A DNA stretch of 64,000 nt, taken from contig CAXXMV010000008.1 of NCBI GenBank assembly GCA_963662285.2, forward strand, positions 1,568,001 to 1,632,000, given 5' to 3'. A program made the position numbers and the translations under genes. Shown here piece by piece: positions 43,127 through 53,248 of the stretch; within the stretch, counting starts at the first letter, position 1; each line of letters opens with the position of its first letter. Source of the stretch: a bacterium. GTDB taxonomy: Bacteria > Hinthialibacterota > Hinthialibacteria > Hinthialibacterales > Hinthialibacteraceae. The notes under the pieces are model-generated. The model did not search any database. It saw only the letters and a list, made by a program, of their open reading frames with translations, and had not been told where the DNA came from.

Positions 43127-43819
43127 TCAATAACGCCCGCCGAAGATGGCCGTACCGATGCGAACTATGGTTGAACCTTCTTCGATGGCTACCTGAAAAT
43201 CATTGGTCATTCCCATTGATAATTCCAGTGGATTGTTTTGACCGACGATATCATCGTGGTACTGCTGCCCCAGCTCACGCAGATTCCTGAAATATTGCCT
43301 GACCTCTTCGGGATCATCCACAAATGGTGGAATGGTCATCAAGCCCTTGCATGATAAATGCGGCGCATCCTGAAGGGCGCCCAGCAGCTTTTCCAGTTCA
43401 CTGATATCCGCGCCGAATTTACTTTCTTCGCCGGAAAGGTTTAATTGCAGCAGAATAGATATAGAGGTATCTCGTTTGGCAGCTTCATCTTCCAATGCCT
43501 GAATCAACTTCGGGCTGTCCACTGAGTGGATTAATGTAAAAAGTGGAACAACCTTCTTCACTTTGTTGGTTTGCAAATGACCGATCAGATGCCAATCAGC
43601 TTGCAGATCATCCAGTTCTGCGATTTTACCTTCTGCTTCCTGGATGCGGTTCTCACCAAACACCCGCATCCCCGCCGCGTAGGCCTCACGCACCGCTTCA
43701 GCCGGCTTGGTTTTACTCACGGCAACAATAGTAACCTGGTCAGCGCGGCGCCCTGATCGAATGGCGGCGTCATTAACTTGCTGCTGAATCTTTTGAATTG
43801 ATAATGCTATGTTAGTCAT
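43127..43819 (-). CDS. yggS: PLP homeostasis protein
   Basis: VAVSKT, FGENRIQE, HLIGHLQTNK, LSMGMT, VRIGTAIFG; start reassigned to MTNIA because the annotated extension runs through REPs. Confidence 0.95.
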   Translation of the reverse strand: MTNIALSIQKIQQQVNDAAIRSGRRADQVTIVAVSKTKPAEAVREAYAAGMRVFGENRIQEAEGKIAELDDLQADWHLIGHLQTNKVKKVVPLFTLIHSVDSPKLIQALEDEAAKRDTSISILLQLNLSGEESKFGADISELEKLLGALQDAPHLSCKGLMTIPPFVDDPEEVRQYFRNLRELGQQYHDDIVGQNNPLELSMGMTNDFQVAIEEGSTIVRIGTAIFGGRY

Positions 43820-43842
43820 GATGTTTCTCTCATTAGTTATTT

Positions 43843-43972
43843 GGTTAGCTACGCTATCGCTTGTAGCCCACCTTACGAGGTTCTGTGTTATACCGGGCGC
43901 CCACAAGGGGCGCGCCCTACATAAGCTTTTTGTATATCCCCCTCACCCTAGCCCTCTCCTGTGGGGAGAGGG
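43843..43972. repeat. Cluster of REP families A, E and C
   Basis: 43843-43876 (A), 43893-43920 (E), about 43939-43972 (ccctcaccctagccctctcc..ggagaggg). Confidence 0.7.
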
Positions 43973-43996
43973 GACTTCATATTTAGCATAGTCCCT

Positions 43997-44035
43997 AAAA
44001 AGAACCGGGGGAACGCCTTTCGACGTTCCCCCGGA
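43997..44035 (-). terminator. Intrinsic terminator after the cohesin protein
   Basis: ccgggggaacg..cgttcccccgg stem with T run on the minus strand. Confidence 0.7.
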
Positions 44036-44056
44036 ATTAATCGGTATGTTAATCGT

Positions 44057-46405
44057 TTAACGCTTTACCGGCCAAGCCAACTCAACATCTTTGTTAACGT
44101 CAATGTTAAATGTGTATGGCGGGCTGACAGGATAGGCAATTGTGTCTTGGCCATCAATTACATAAGAACCATCGTAATCAAGACCAGCCGGTATTAATGC
44201 AGGTGCAAATCGCGTAGAAGCTCCGCCTACATGTACTCCGCCGAATCCGTCAAACATAAAGATTCCAACTCTACGACCAGTCTTGGCGACTGTTGCGCCG
44301 CTTTCATCCAAACCATAAATGGTGGATTCACTGATCTCGATTTCGAAGTCGCGGGCGATATTAATCGGGAAGCCTTCTGGAAGATTGCCAAATGGCAGCA
44401 GACCTTGCAGATGTGCAGGCGTTCCGGCTGGCTGATCAGCGAATGGAGCGAATTCAATCATTCCGTCGCCCATCAGGATGCCAAGGCCGATCCACTCCGT
44501 ACCTTCTGCGTTAGGAATGAACTCGATATCCTGCATAACTCCGCTTCCGGCAAACATCGGAACCACAGGCAGGTTTTCGGTTTGCAGCGCAGGAGCGTCT
44601 CCCACAATGTGAATAGCTCCAGCAGAATCAAGAATGTAAGCGCCGGTTCCAATCAAGTCGCTGCTGTATTGGCTATTGCTTACGTCAATATCTTTGCCGC
44701 GCCAGATCTTAAGACCGACAGCAGTAGAGCCTGGTGAAAGTGTATTTACTGTATCGAGCGCTTCAAGAGCCGCGCCTTCAGCGTAGATTTTACCTTTTTT
44801 GGTCAAAACGTAGAATCCACCGTTTCCTGCTGGTTCTACATCAACTAGTGATGTTAGGAACTCGCCGTTAGGATTCTTTTCGGTTGACATGAAGAGCACC
44901 GGAACGATATCGGACTTAAAGGTTCCAAAGTTAATCGTTTCACCGTTATTATCGATATCAATACCACCGTTGTTTGGACCGCCAGTTGCGCCAAGACGTC
45001 CATTGACTGGCGGAACATTGCCAATACTGCCGCCCATCAGGAAGTAGACGCCCTCAGAGCCGTTGCCGTTTGCTTTAATCTCGCCAGTAAATTCAAGGTC
45101 TTTGGCGATCGGGAAAGGCTGTCCTTTGATGAAGAGGAATGGTCCAAGAGCATCAGGATCAATCTGACCATCAAATTCTCCCGGTTTAACCAGTTGTCCA
45201 ATTCTATTGGAGATTCCAATATCAAAGTTATGAACCGCGTTACCGCGAGGATAGGTTCCTCCCAGTTCGTCTAAGGAGACGAGACCGAGATCAGGATTAA
45301 CCTCGATAACGGTTGGCGTCGCTGTTGGTTCGCCCACGATAGGAGTTGCTGTCGGCTCTGGAACTTTTGTAGGAGTCGGAGTTGGTTCGACAACGCCAGT
45401 CTCTGTTGGAGTAGGCTCAACAACGCCTGTCTCTGTTGGAGTAGGTTCTGTAACTTCCGTTGGAGTTGGTTCAGGAACCTCCGTTGGAGTTGGTTCAGGA
45501 ACACCCGTCTCAGTCGGAGTCGGAACTGCTGTTTCGCTGACAACAATTACTGTCGTCATTACATCAGCGCCTATCAAGTCGTCGAGGATGTTACCCAGTG
45601 ATAGTGAAACTTCACCAGCTGCCTGGGCTGTATACTGGATATTAAGCAGTAGGCCATCTCCATTTACTGAAGAAGCGCCGCCTGCTGCAGCGATGCGAAC
45701 AGCACCGACAGGATTATCTAGCGTATTACCAAGGACAAATGCGAAATCGCTGGTTAACGTTCCATCATTTTGAACAACTGCAGAACCAAGAATTGCATTT
45801 GATTGCAGTATATCAAATCCGAATGCGTCAACATTTACAGCATTCTTGATTTCAATAGAAACGTTGACTGAATCGCCTGTATTGACCGCCTCAGGAGCAC
45901 TGAGAATCAATTCAATGTTCTCTGGAACAGGCGTTGCCGTTGGTTCAGGAACAGATGTCTCAGTCGGAGTCGGTTCAACAACAGCTGATTCTGTTGGAGT
46001 AGGTTCAACCACTGCCGATTCTGTAGGAGTCGGTTCCACAACAGGGGTTTCTGTTGGCGTCGGCTCCACAACAGCAGATTCTGTTGGAGTAGGTTCTACT
46101 GGAACAGGAGTGTTCGTCGGAATTTCGACAGGAGTTTCAGTAGGCGTCTCTACTGGAGTCTCTGCCGCGGTTGTTGGAGTTGGCGTTGGAAGCACGGGTA
46201 TAGGCGTAGATGTAGGCACTATAACCGGTGTTTCCGTTGGAGTTTCAATCGGGGTCTCCACTGGCGTCTCAATTTCCTGCGCCATTAGAATGCCCGGACT
46301 AAATCCAATAACACATCCCAACAATAAAAAAGCGATTACTATTTTCAATCGATTAGTGTACATCAATGTTGCCTCCATTACTCGCGCCCTCGTTTGTGAA
46401 GACAA
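44057..46405 (-). CDS. Secreted protein: Pro/Thr linker, cohesin-like domain, Pro/Thr linker, beta-propeller-like C-terminal region
   Basis: EPTPTE repeats; GDSVNVSIEIKNAVNVDAFGFDI..GDGLLLNIQY cohesin pattern; repeated LDxxGxxH-like blades; start uncertain. Confidence 0.7.
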   Translation of the reverse strand: MSSQTRARVMEATLMYTNRLKIVIAFLLLGCVIGFSPGILMAQEIETPVETPIETPTETPVIVPTSTPIPVLPTPTPTTAAETPVETPTETPVEIPTNTPVPVEPTPTESAVVEPTPTETPVVEPTPTESAVVEPTPTESAVVEPTPTETSVPEPTATPVPENIELILSAPEAVNTGDSVNVSIEIKNAVNVDAFGFDILQSNAILGSAVVQNDGTLTSDFAFVLGNTLDNPVGAVRIAAAGGASSVNGDGLLLNIQYTAQAAGEVSLSLGNILDDLIGADVMTTVIVVSETAVPTPTETGVPEPTPTEVPEPTPTEVTEPTPTETGVVEPTPTETGVVEPTPTPTKVPEPTATPIVGEPTATPTVIEVNPDLGLVSLDELGGTYPRGNAVHNFDIGISNRIGQLVKPGEFDGQIDPDALGPFLFIKGQPFPIAKDLEFTGEIKANGNGSEGVYFLMGGSIGNVPPVNGRLGATGGPNNGGIDIDNNGETINFGTFKSDIVPVLFMSTEKNPNGEFLTSLVDVEPAGNGGFYVLTKKGKIYAEGAALEALDTVNTLSPGSTAVGLKIWRGKDIDVSNSQYSSDLIGTGAYILDSAGAIHIVGDAPALQTENLPVVPMFAGSGVMQDIEFIPNAEGTEWIGLGILMGDGMIEFAPFADQPAGTPAHLQGLLPFGNLPEGFPINIARDFEIEISESTIYGLDESGATVAKTGRRVGIFMFDGFGGVHVGGASTRFAPALIPAGLDYDGSYVIDGQDTIAYPVSPPYTFNIDVNKDVELAWPVKR

Positions 46406-46498
46406 AAATAGTCTCTAACATGCTAACAATACTAACAATAGACGCAAACGTCTACCCTTATTTTAAAAAAACATATAAAAAAAACTCCCCAAGGGTGA

Positions 46499-47338
46499 TT
46501 AAGGGAGGATAATCACTGCATTTATTGATTTTGGAACGCTACTATTAATAATTTCAGTTTGGGTAATTTCAGTTTTCTCATCAATAACTATGGCATCATC
46601 GAATGATATCGTGGTCTCGCCGCTGGCGCCGGAAGCCACTTCAAAAACAATATCCACTATCCGTGCATCACCATCAAATCCAAAACCGGTTGGTGTTGGA
46701 TGGATGCGGGAAAGAAGAAAAGTAATGATGTCGTCAATTTTACCGTTTTGATTGCTAACTTCTGGCGATTCAAATATTTCCCCGCTTTCACGAATAACGC
46801 TTAGATCAGAATTGGGGTTGCATGTCCAGAAAAGAGTTGCTTGATTAATGTTTCCTGAAGCAACCTCAATATCTTTGTCATCAATCTTATTCGCGCTATC
46901 GCCTTCGCTGTTGAGGTCGAAGTAAGACATACCATCGCTGGTAGTAGACTGCCCAAAGCGTTCCGCCAAAGTAAGGATATCGGCAATATTTTCGCGCCCA
47001 TCGAAATTAAGATCGCCTTTTGATTCACTTATATCAACTATTTTCAGTTTTGTGTTATCAAATGTTAAATCGCAACTAACGCCCATCAGATTAGTAGCGC
47101 TTTTCAATACCAAGGTTGCAGTAAAGCGGGTACGCGTCTCTCCATCGACAACTACTTCTGTAAATTCAGGAGTGGAATCGATAGTAGACGCAAATTGGGA
47201 ATCTTCGCCTGTAATCTTAAAATCTAAAATTAGCGAAGCTTCATCATTATCGCCGGCATATACATTGGTTGAGAATAACATCAAGGTTAGAAGTGCGAAT
47301 GAAATATAAAGCGGTTTATTGCGGATATGGCGTCTCAC
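46499..47338 (-). CDS. Secreted cohesin-like protein with an embedded dockerin/EF-hand pair
   Basis: NLMGVSCDLTFDNTKLKI...GDLNFDGRENIADI...DLNSEGDSANKIDDKDI...DGDARIVDIVFEV. Confidence 0.65.
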   Translation of the reverse strand: MRRHIRNKPLYISFALLTLMLFSTNVYAGDNDEASLILDFKITGEDSQFASTIDSTPEFTEVVVDGETRTRFTATLVLKSATNLMGVSCDLTFDNTKLKIVDISESKGDLNFDGRENIADILTLAERFGQSTTSDGMSYFDLNSEGDSANKIDDKDIEVASGNINQATLFWTCNPNSDLSVIRESGEIFESPEVSNQNGKIDDIITFLLSRIHPTPTGFGFDGDARIVDIVFEVASGASGETTISFDDAIVIDEKTEITQTEIINSSVPKSINAVIILP

Positions 47339-47403
47339 GAATTACAGACCTCCGGACGTTTCGTTGTTGGGACTTTATTATAAAATAAACTCCCTGGGGG
47401 AAA

Positions 47404-47481
47404 TGGCGGGGCCGACGAGACTCGAACTCGCGACCTCCTGATCGACAGTCAGGCATTCTAACCAAACTGAACTACGGCCCC
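47404..47481 (-). tRNA. tRNA-Asp(GTC)
   Basis: GGGGCCG/CGGCCCC acceptor stem, CCTGA-CTGTCGA-TCAGG anticodon arm, TTCGAG T loop, encoded CCA. Confidence 0.95.
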
Positions 47482-47517
47482 GTTTAATGACCATTTCCGC
47501 CGGGGAGTTTAACGCTA

Positions 47518-47592
47518 TGGGCAAGACTGGAGTCGAACCAGCGACATCCTGCTTGTAAGGCAGGCGCTCTAACCAAACTGAGCTACTCGCCC
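47518..47592 (-). tRNA. tRNA-Val(TAC)
   Basis: GGGCGAG/CTTGCCC acceptor stem, CCTGC-CTTACAA-GCAGG anticodon arm; CCA not encoded. Confidence 0.95.
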
Positions 47593-47611
47593 TGGTTAAT
47601 CTACTTAAGTC

Positions 47612-47641
47612 AATATAGCGATAATCCCATTGAAATGTCAA
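47612..47641 (-). promoter_or_regulatory. sigma70 promoter of the tRNA-Val/Asp operon
   Basis: TTGACA-N18-TATATT about 20 bp upstream of tRNA-Val. Confidence 0.7.
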
Positions 47642-47854
47642 GAACAATTCAGCTCAAAAGCATACTTTATTTTGCTGAAGCATTCCACCGCACAACTCTT
47701 GATACCTCAATATCCTACTAACTGCTTTAATCATATCGAAAGCATGTTATGATAGGGTTGGCGGTTATTGCCTGTAACAGTGACGTAGTATAGGCGGATT
47801 TTTGTTTTCGTCACCCCTTCAAAACTTATTTTTTAACTTTTTTTTAAGAAAATT

Positions 47855-48184
47855 ATGAAAAATATACGCCGACAAGAAAAAAAACACCGTATTAATACGA
47901 AAGATCGATTTATTAGCGTCTTAAAAGGTGATTCTCCCTCAAAAGAGTACTCTCCTTCATGGTTCCAGCGGCGCGAACTTTTTTTCCCTTTAATCATTAT
48001 TTTTGTCTTTTTTATGATCGCATTCGTTGTAAAAATTCTTGTTACCGTTCAAAATCTTCCTGATGAATCTTCTATACCAAAACCTGAAATAAATCAAATA
48101 AATGCTTCTCCTACGCCTGATTCATCCGATTCCGAAGAAGAAATGGATTATGAAGAAGCCAAGAAGATTTTTGGAAATTCATAA
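47855..48184 (+). CDS. Small single-pass membrane protein
   Basis: One hydrophobic segment and an acidic tail; upstream of recJ. Confidence 0.55.
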   Translation: MKNIRRQEKKHRINTKDRFISVLKGDSPSKEYSPSWFQRRELFFPLIIIFVFFMIAFVVKILVTVQNLPDESSIPKPEINQINASPTPDSSDSEEEMDYEEAKKIFGNS

Positions 48185-48237
48185 TATTATCAAGAGAAAA
48201 CGCCGTATTCTTCTTAGAAAGCTAATTTTAAAACTTT

Positions 48238-50262
48238 ATGAAACGTCTTTGGAAATTTCAAAAAGTTGCTGATCAAGCAATTCAGCAACTAAGCGCTCAA
48301 GGAGACATCTCCCCATTACTGGCGCAACTGCTTGCTATTCGAGGCATAGATACTGCCAGCGCCGCCCGTACATATCTCTTACCTAATGAATATGATATTC
48401 CAAGCCCTTTTCTTTTTAATGAGATGCAGCCAGCAGTAGAACGCATCCTGCAAGCCATAAAAAACAATCAACGCGTTCTGATTCATGGCGATTATGATGC
48501 TGACGGCATTACAGCATCGTGCATTATGCTGCAAACCCTGAGCGCTTTGGGGCTGGAAGCGGAGTATTTTTTACCTGACCGTACGAAAGATGGCTATGGT
48601 TTGCAGACTCAAACCATATTAGATAATGCCTCTTCATTTGATTTGTTGATTACGGTCGATTGTGGAACCTCTTCGGTTGAAGCGGTTAAAGCGGCCAACC
48701 ATGCCGGTCTGGACGTCATTATTACCGATCACCACAGCCCCGGTGATGAACGTCCCCCTGCTCTAGCATTAATCAATCCCATCCAACATGGGGAGCAGTA
48801 TCCCAGCAAAAACCTGGCTGGCGCCGGAGTAGCCTGGAAACTGGCTGCGGCATTGTTCGAAGCCCATTCCCGTTCAGGCGAAGAAGACTCGTTGCTTGAT
48901 CTGGTGGCTTTAGGCACTGTGGCGGACGTAGTATCCATTGTCGGAGAAAACCGCACACTGTTAACCCACGCCTTTGAAAGATTCAAGTCTATTAATCGTC
49001 CTGGTTTAACGGCATTGATGGACCTGGCCAAAGTTATCCCCTCCCGCATTGGAACACAGGAACTCGGCTTCCGTATCGGACCAAGGATCAATGCCGCCGG
49101 GCGGATGGAGCATCCCCGGCTGGCTCTGGAACTGTTGTTGACCAACGACGAAATACATGCCAAAGAATTAGCGCAGTATCTAAGCCAACTGAATACCAAG
49201 CGCCAAAGCGTTGAAACTAAAATACTTAATGAGGCGGTTGCTTTTATTGAAAGCAAAGGTTTACAGGATCGATCCGGGCGCGTTCTGGTAGTGGCCGGAG
49301 AGGGATGGCATCTTGGCGTACTTGGCATAGTCGCCGCCCGTTTGGTGCAAAAATATCAAAGACCAACCTTTCTGCTCAGCCGGATCGAAGACAAATACGT
49401 CGGTTCCGCCCGTAGCGTGGATGGCGTAAGTTTAATCCCTTTACTTGATGCGGCGCGTCCTCACTCCATATCCTGCGGGGGGCATGCCGGAGCGGCGGGA
49501 ATGAAGGTAACTCCTGAGAATCTCGATGCTTTTATTAATTCAATTTATGACGCTGTTGATGATTTAGATTTTCACTCTGGGCCTTCCCCACTGTTATTGG
49601 ATGCTAAATTACCCCTGGAACAGATTGACGCCCCATTCATGAACGAAATGCAGCGCATGGAGCCATTTGGAGAAGGCAACCAAGAGCCGGTCTTCTATTC
49701 TCAAGCCAAAATCGGCGGCATGGGCGCCAGAATTGTCGGAAATAATCATTTAAGGCTTAGCCTTCAGCACCAAAGAGGTACAATTACCGCAATTGGTTTC
49801 GGGCTGGGCGACAAACTGGAAACCCTGCAAAGAGGAGATGTGGAACTGGCTTTCTGCTGCCGTTGGAACGAATATAACGGGCGGCGCGATATAGATTTAC
49901 ATCTCAAAGATGTTCGACCGGCCTCCAGCGCATCCGGCGGATCGCCTGCCAATATACCAGGCGGCGCATCTCCGGAAATGAGCATTAAAGAGCAAGTCTG
50001 GAACCGTGAACTGCTGGGCAAAATTTACAAATTATTAGAAAAGTCATGCAACGATCAAAGAATCATCATCCGTCAGAATACAGATGTGTTGGCTCAGATG
50101 GTTAAAATATCGCATGCCGATTTTGATAAAGCATTGACAATATTCGCAGAAATAGATTTGCTGACCATAAATGACGGAAACATAATCATTCATGAAGCGC
50201 AGACGAAAAGCCGTCAACTAACCGATTCTAAAACATACCGTTTATTAACAGAGAAAAAATAG
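48238..50262 (+). CDS. recJ: Single-stranded DNA exonuclease
   Basis: GDYDADG, TVDCG, TDHH, GTVADV, PRINAAGR, GGHAGAAG motifs. Confidence 0.96.
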   Translation: MKRLWKFQKVADQAIQQLSAQGDISPLLAQLLAIRGIDTASAARTYLLPNEYDIPSPFLFNEMQPAVERILQAIKNNQRVLIHGDYDADGITASCIMLQTLSALGLEAEYFLPDRTKDGYGLQTQTILDNASSFDLLITVDCGTSSVEAVKAANHAGLDVIITDHHSPGDERPPALALINPIQHGEQYPSKNLAGAGVAWKLAAALFEAHSRSGEEDSLLDLVALGTVADVVSIVGENRTLLTHAFERFKSINRPGLTALMDLAKVIPSRIGTQELGFRIGPRINAAGRMEHPRLALELLLTNDEIHAKELAQYLSQLNTKRQSVETKILNEAVAFIESKGLQDRSGRVLVVAGEGWHLGVLGIVAARLVQKYQRPTFLLSRIEDKYVGSARSVDGVSLIPLLDAARPHSISCGGHAGAAGMKVTPENLDAFINSIYDAVDDLDFHSGPSPLLLDAKLPLEQIDAPFMNEMQRMEPFGEGNQEPVFYSQAKIGGMGARIVGNNHLRLSLQHQRGTITAIGFGLGDKLETLQRGDVELAFCCRWNEYNGRRDIDLHLKDVRPASSASGGSPANIPGGASPEMSIKEQVWNRELLGKIYKLLEKSCNDQRIIIRQNTDVLAQMVKISHADFDKALTIFAEIDLLTINDGNIIIHEAQTKSRQLTDSKTYRLLTEKK

Positions 50263-51035
50263 TGATTTTTGTACTTTTACCCGCTTATAACGAAGCCGAT
50301 AATATTTTCCCATTGCTCAAAACGATATCCGATGAGGCATCAAAGAAGTTCGGTGATAAATATGAGAACTGTTTTCCCGTTCATGCTGTTGTGGTTAATG
50401 ATGGCAGCGATGACGATACGGGAAATGAGGCGCGGCGCTTCTCCGGACCGATACAGACCACTGTATTGGAGCATAGCCATAACCGGGGACTGGCGGCCGC
50501 TTTACGCACCGGCATAGATTTTATCCTCGATAAAGGCGGCGCAGATGACTGGATAGTCACTTTAGACGCCGATCAAACCCACCACCCGCGATATATCTTT
50601 TCGCTGGTGGATAAACTTGAAGAAGGCTGCCAGATTGTAGTGGCTTCACGGTACGCTCCAGGAGGCAAGGAATACGGCGTGAGCCTATGGAGAAAGTTCC
50701 TAAGCCACGGCGCCAGAAGAACTTATCACCTTTTCTTCCCCGGTATTCCACTGCGTGACTTTTCATGCGGTTTTCGCGGATTCTCTTACACATCCCTGAA
50801 ATCGGTCAGCGATATGTGGGGAGAACGCCTGATGGAAAGCCCCGGATTCGCCTGCACCGGCGAGTTGATGCTCAAATGCCTGGCCCATGTTGATCCAGAC
50901 AAAATCGCCGAAATCCCCTTTGAACTGCACTACGAACAAAAAGGCGGCGCCAGCAAAATGCCAACCTTCAAAACCATCCTCGGAACGTTGCGCTTAATCT
51001 TCAAAGCTAATAAATGGCTGAATAGAACTGAATAG
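50262..51035 (+). CDS. GT2 glycosyltransferase (Dol-P-Man synthase-like)
   Basis: LPAYNEA, NDGSDD, TLDAD, ASRY, DFSCGFR motifs. Confidence 0.9.
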   Translation: MIFVLLPAYNEADNIFPLLKTISDEASKKFGDKYENCFPVHAVVVNDGSDDDTGNEARRFSGPIQTTVLEHSHNRGLAAALRTGIDFILDKGGADDWIVTLDADQTHHPRYIFSLVDKLEEGCQIVVASRYAPGGKEYGVSLWRKFLSHGARRTYHLFFPGIPLRDFSCGFRGFSYTSLKSVSDMWGERLMESPGFACTGELMLKCLAHVDPDKIAEIPFELHYEQKGGASKMPTFKTILGTLRLIFKANKWLNRTE

Positions 51036-51176
51036 ACATTAAGGCGTATTACCACTTTTTTAAATCAGTCAGAGAGGAATACAGCGTAGATACCTCTATT
51101 ATAATCAAATACTATTCTTTATAATATTCACGTATAATAAACTACTTGTTGCGCAAAAAACCAGGAAAGTTACATA

Positions 51177-51365
51177 ATGAAAACCATATTAACTACTGAC
51201 ATTTTATGCCAGGAAGCAAAGTTGTTTTCTAAAAAAGAGTCCATTCACGACGATAAGTTTTTATATGGAATAACCGATGGTAAAGCAGTCGGCACATATC
51301 TTGAGCATAAATTCCAGAAACATCTACATAAAAAATATGCATGTATCGACAGTTCCTATTCATGA
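51177..51365 (+). pseudogene. N-terminal fragment of a putative type II restriction endonuclease
   Basis: LYGITDGKAVGTYLEHKF motif recalled from REase-annotated proteins; cut off by the convergent S9 gene. Confidence 0.55.
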
Positions 51366-53248
51366 AGATACTTATCGACAAAATTGAGATAGGCTTCGGC
51401 GGCGGTGATTTGGTTGACTTTCTTCATGAATCCATGACCTTCGTCATCGAATACTAAATACTCGACTGGAATATTGTTTTTCCTCGCAGCCACAACAATC
51501 TCGTCGCTTTCCACCTGCAGCACTCGAGGATCGTTCTTTCCTTGAGCTACTAACAAGGGTTTCTTTATATTGGCAGCATGGAAAAGAGGCGAGATGTTGC
51601 GTAGGCGCTCTTCCTCTTTGCTTGGATCTCCCAATTCCGCATACATGGACTCGCGATAGGCTGCCCACCAGGTAGGAATGCTGTTCAGTGTCCTTACCAA
51701 GTTTGTAATACCGCAGACATTGATCCCCAGATCGAAAGCGTCAGGTTCGAAAGTTAGCGCTGCGGAGACCATATACCCTCCATAGCTCTCTCCCATGATT
51801 CCGATATGCTTTGAATCAATCCAATCAAGAGATTCCAAATAGCGCCGACCGAATATGCAATCTTTCAGGTCTACATCGCCGTGTTTTTTATCGTCCAAGT
51901 GAAAAAAGGTCTTTCCATATCCTGAACTTCCACGATTATTGACTGCTAACACTGCGTAACCGTGGTTTATTAAAAACTGTAACAGGGCATTGTACCCTTT
52001 TCGACTTTGTCCCCCCGGCCCACCGTGAACATACACTAATGCTGGCACTTTGTTTTCCTGTGATGACTGCTTTGGCTTGTATAAGATGGCTGGAATCTTC
52101 AGATCGTCGAAACTTGGATAACGGACTACTTTCGATAAAACCAGGTCGTCTTGGTTGATTTTGTCGCTCAACGAAGTTGTCAATCGACGGTAGGGCGCGT
52201 TATTCTGTAAATATAGAATATATAGGTTGGATGGAGATGTATCGCTATCAACATAAAATGCCATGTATTTGCCACTTCGTGAAATGGATATACCATGAAT
52301 ATCCCCTTCCGGGATATCAGGAAGTGGAACATTTTTTTTAGTTTTAGTGTCAAAAATGGTGACTTGTGTTTGTGCGTCAGCGTTTACTGCAGTAACCTGG
52401 TAGCGTCCGTTTCGAGAAAAATAACAATTCAAAATATCCCATTGCTCTTGTAATATCAACGTTTTTTTTCCACTGTTCAGATCGTATGCCCATAAGCGAT
52501 CAAATTCACTTCCTTCATTACTGGTGTAATAGAATTCCTTGCAGTCTGGAGTAAATGTCTGGATACCATGGCTGATATCACCTTTGTGCGGAGAGATGTA
52601 TTTTGGTTCACTATTGGGTGACTGCACGTCGAATAGGTAGATATCGTTGTCTGCGTTGTTATGGATTTTTAGTAAAGCTATCCATCTTCCATCTAGACTG
52701 ATGGCTTCGGGACTATAACCATCATTGTTCTCAAAGATCATTTTTCGTTCAAATGTATCGATGCAGTATTCGTACAAGTCAAAGAATTTTGAATCACGTT
52801 CGTTGTTTGTGATCCAAAAGCGTTGATCGTCGCCCGCCCACCCCTCGAACATCGCCTTATTGTTTTCTCCAGGAGTCAAATCTATGGATGTTCCATCCAG
52901 CAGTTGAACGTAAATATGATTGAGTTCGTTTCCTCCCTTATCGGAAGTATATAGAAACCTGTCGTCGTTTGGAAACCATGCATGTCCCCATTTATAGTCT
53001 TTATCGGATTGAGTTAATTGTACTGGTGGTCCACCGGCAATGGGTTGACTGTAGACGTTTATGACGCCACTTTTGTCAGTATTGATCAATAGGCGGGTTT
53101 CATCCGAGGAAAACGACGCCTCAAAAATGGAAATAGTGTTGAAGAAAGTATCAGCATCGTATTGTTTAACTTCAAGTGAATTCGCATTTAATATGAGAAT
53201 GACGGAACAGAAAGTGAAAATTGGAATGCGCATATTTCTCTTCTCCAT
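51356..53248 (-). CDS. S9 family peptidase (propeller plus alpha/beta-hydrolase)
   Basis: HGGPG, NNRGSSGYG, GESYGG, NDPRV, DEGHGF motifs. Confidence 0.95.
   Translation of the reverse strand: MEKRNMRIPIFTFCSVILILNANSLEVKQYDADTFFNTISIFEASFSSDETRLLINTDKSGVINVYSQPIAGGPPVQLTQSDKDYKWGHAWFPNDDRFLYTSDKGGNELNHIYVQLLDGTSIDLTPGENNKAMFEGWAGDDQRFWITNNERDSKFFDLYEYCIDTFERKMIFENNDGYSPEAISLDGRWIALLKIHNNADNDIYLFDVQSPNSEPKYISPHKGDISHGIQTFTPDCKEFYYTSNEGSEFDRLWAYDLNSGKKTLILQEQWDILNCYFSRNGRYQVTAVNADAQTQVTIFDTKTKKNVPLPDIPEGDIHGISISRSGKYMAFYVDSDTSPSNLYILYLQNNAPYRRLTTSLSDKINQDDLVLSKVVRYPSFDDLKIPAILYKPKQSSQENKVPALVYVHGGPGGQSRKGYNALLQFLINHGYAVLAVNNRGSSGYGKTFFHLDDKKHGDVDLKDCIFGRRYLESLDWIDSKHIGIMGESYGGYMVSAALTFEPDAFDLGINVCGITNLVRTLNSIPTWWAAYRESMYAELGDPSKEEERLRNISPLFHAANIKKPLLVAQGKNDPRVLQVESDEIVVAARKNNIPVEYLVFDDEGHGFMKKVNQITAAEAYLNFVDKYLHE

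Noticed and set aside
45330-46270. Tandem 24-30 bp repeats resembling an array
   Set aside because: They encode EPTPTE linkers with synonymous variation and have no unique spacers, so this is not CRISPR.
47378-47647. 89-aa ORF
   Set aside because: Shadow translation of the tRNA-Val and tRNA-Asp genes.
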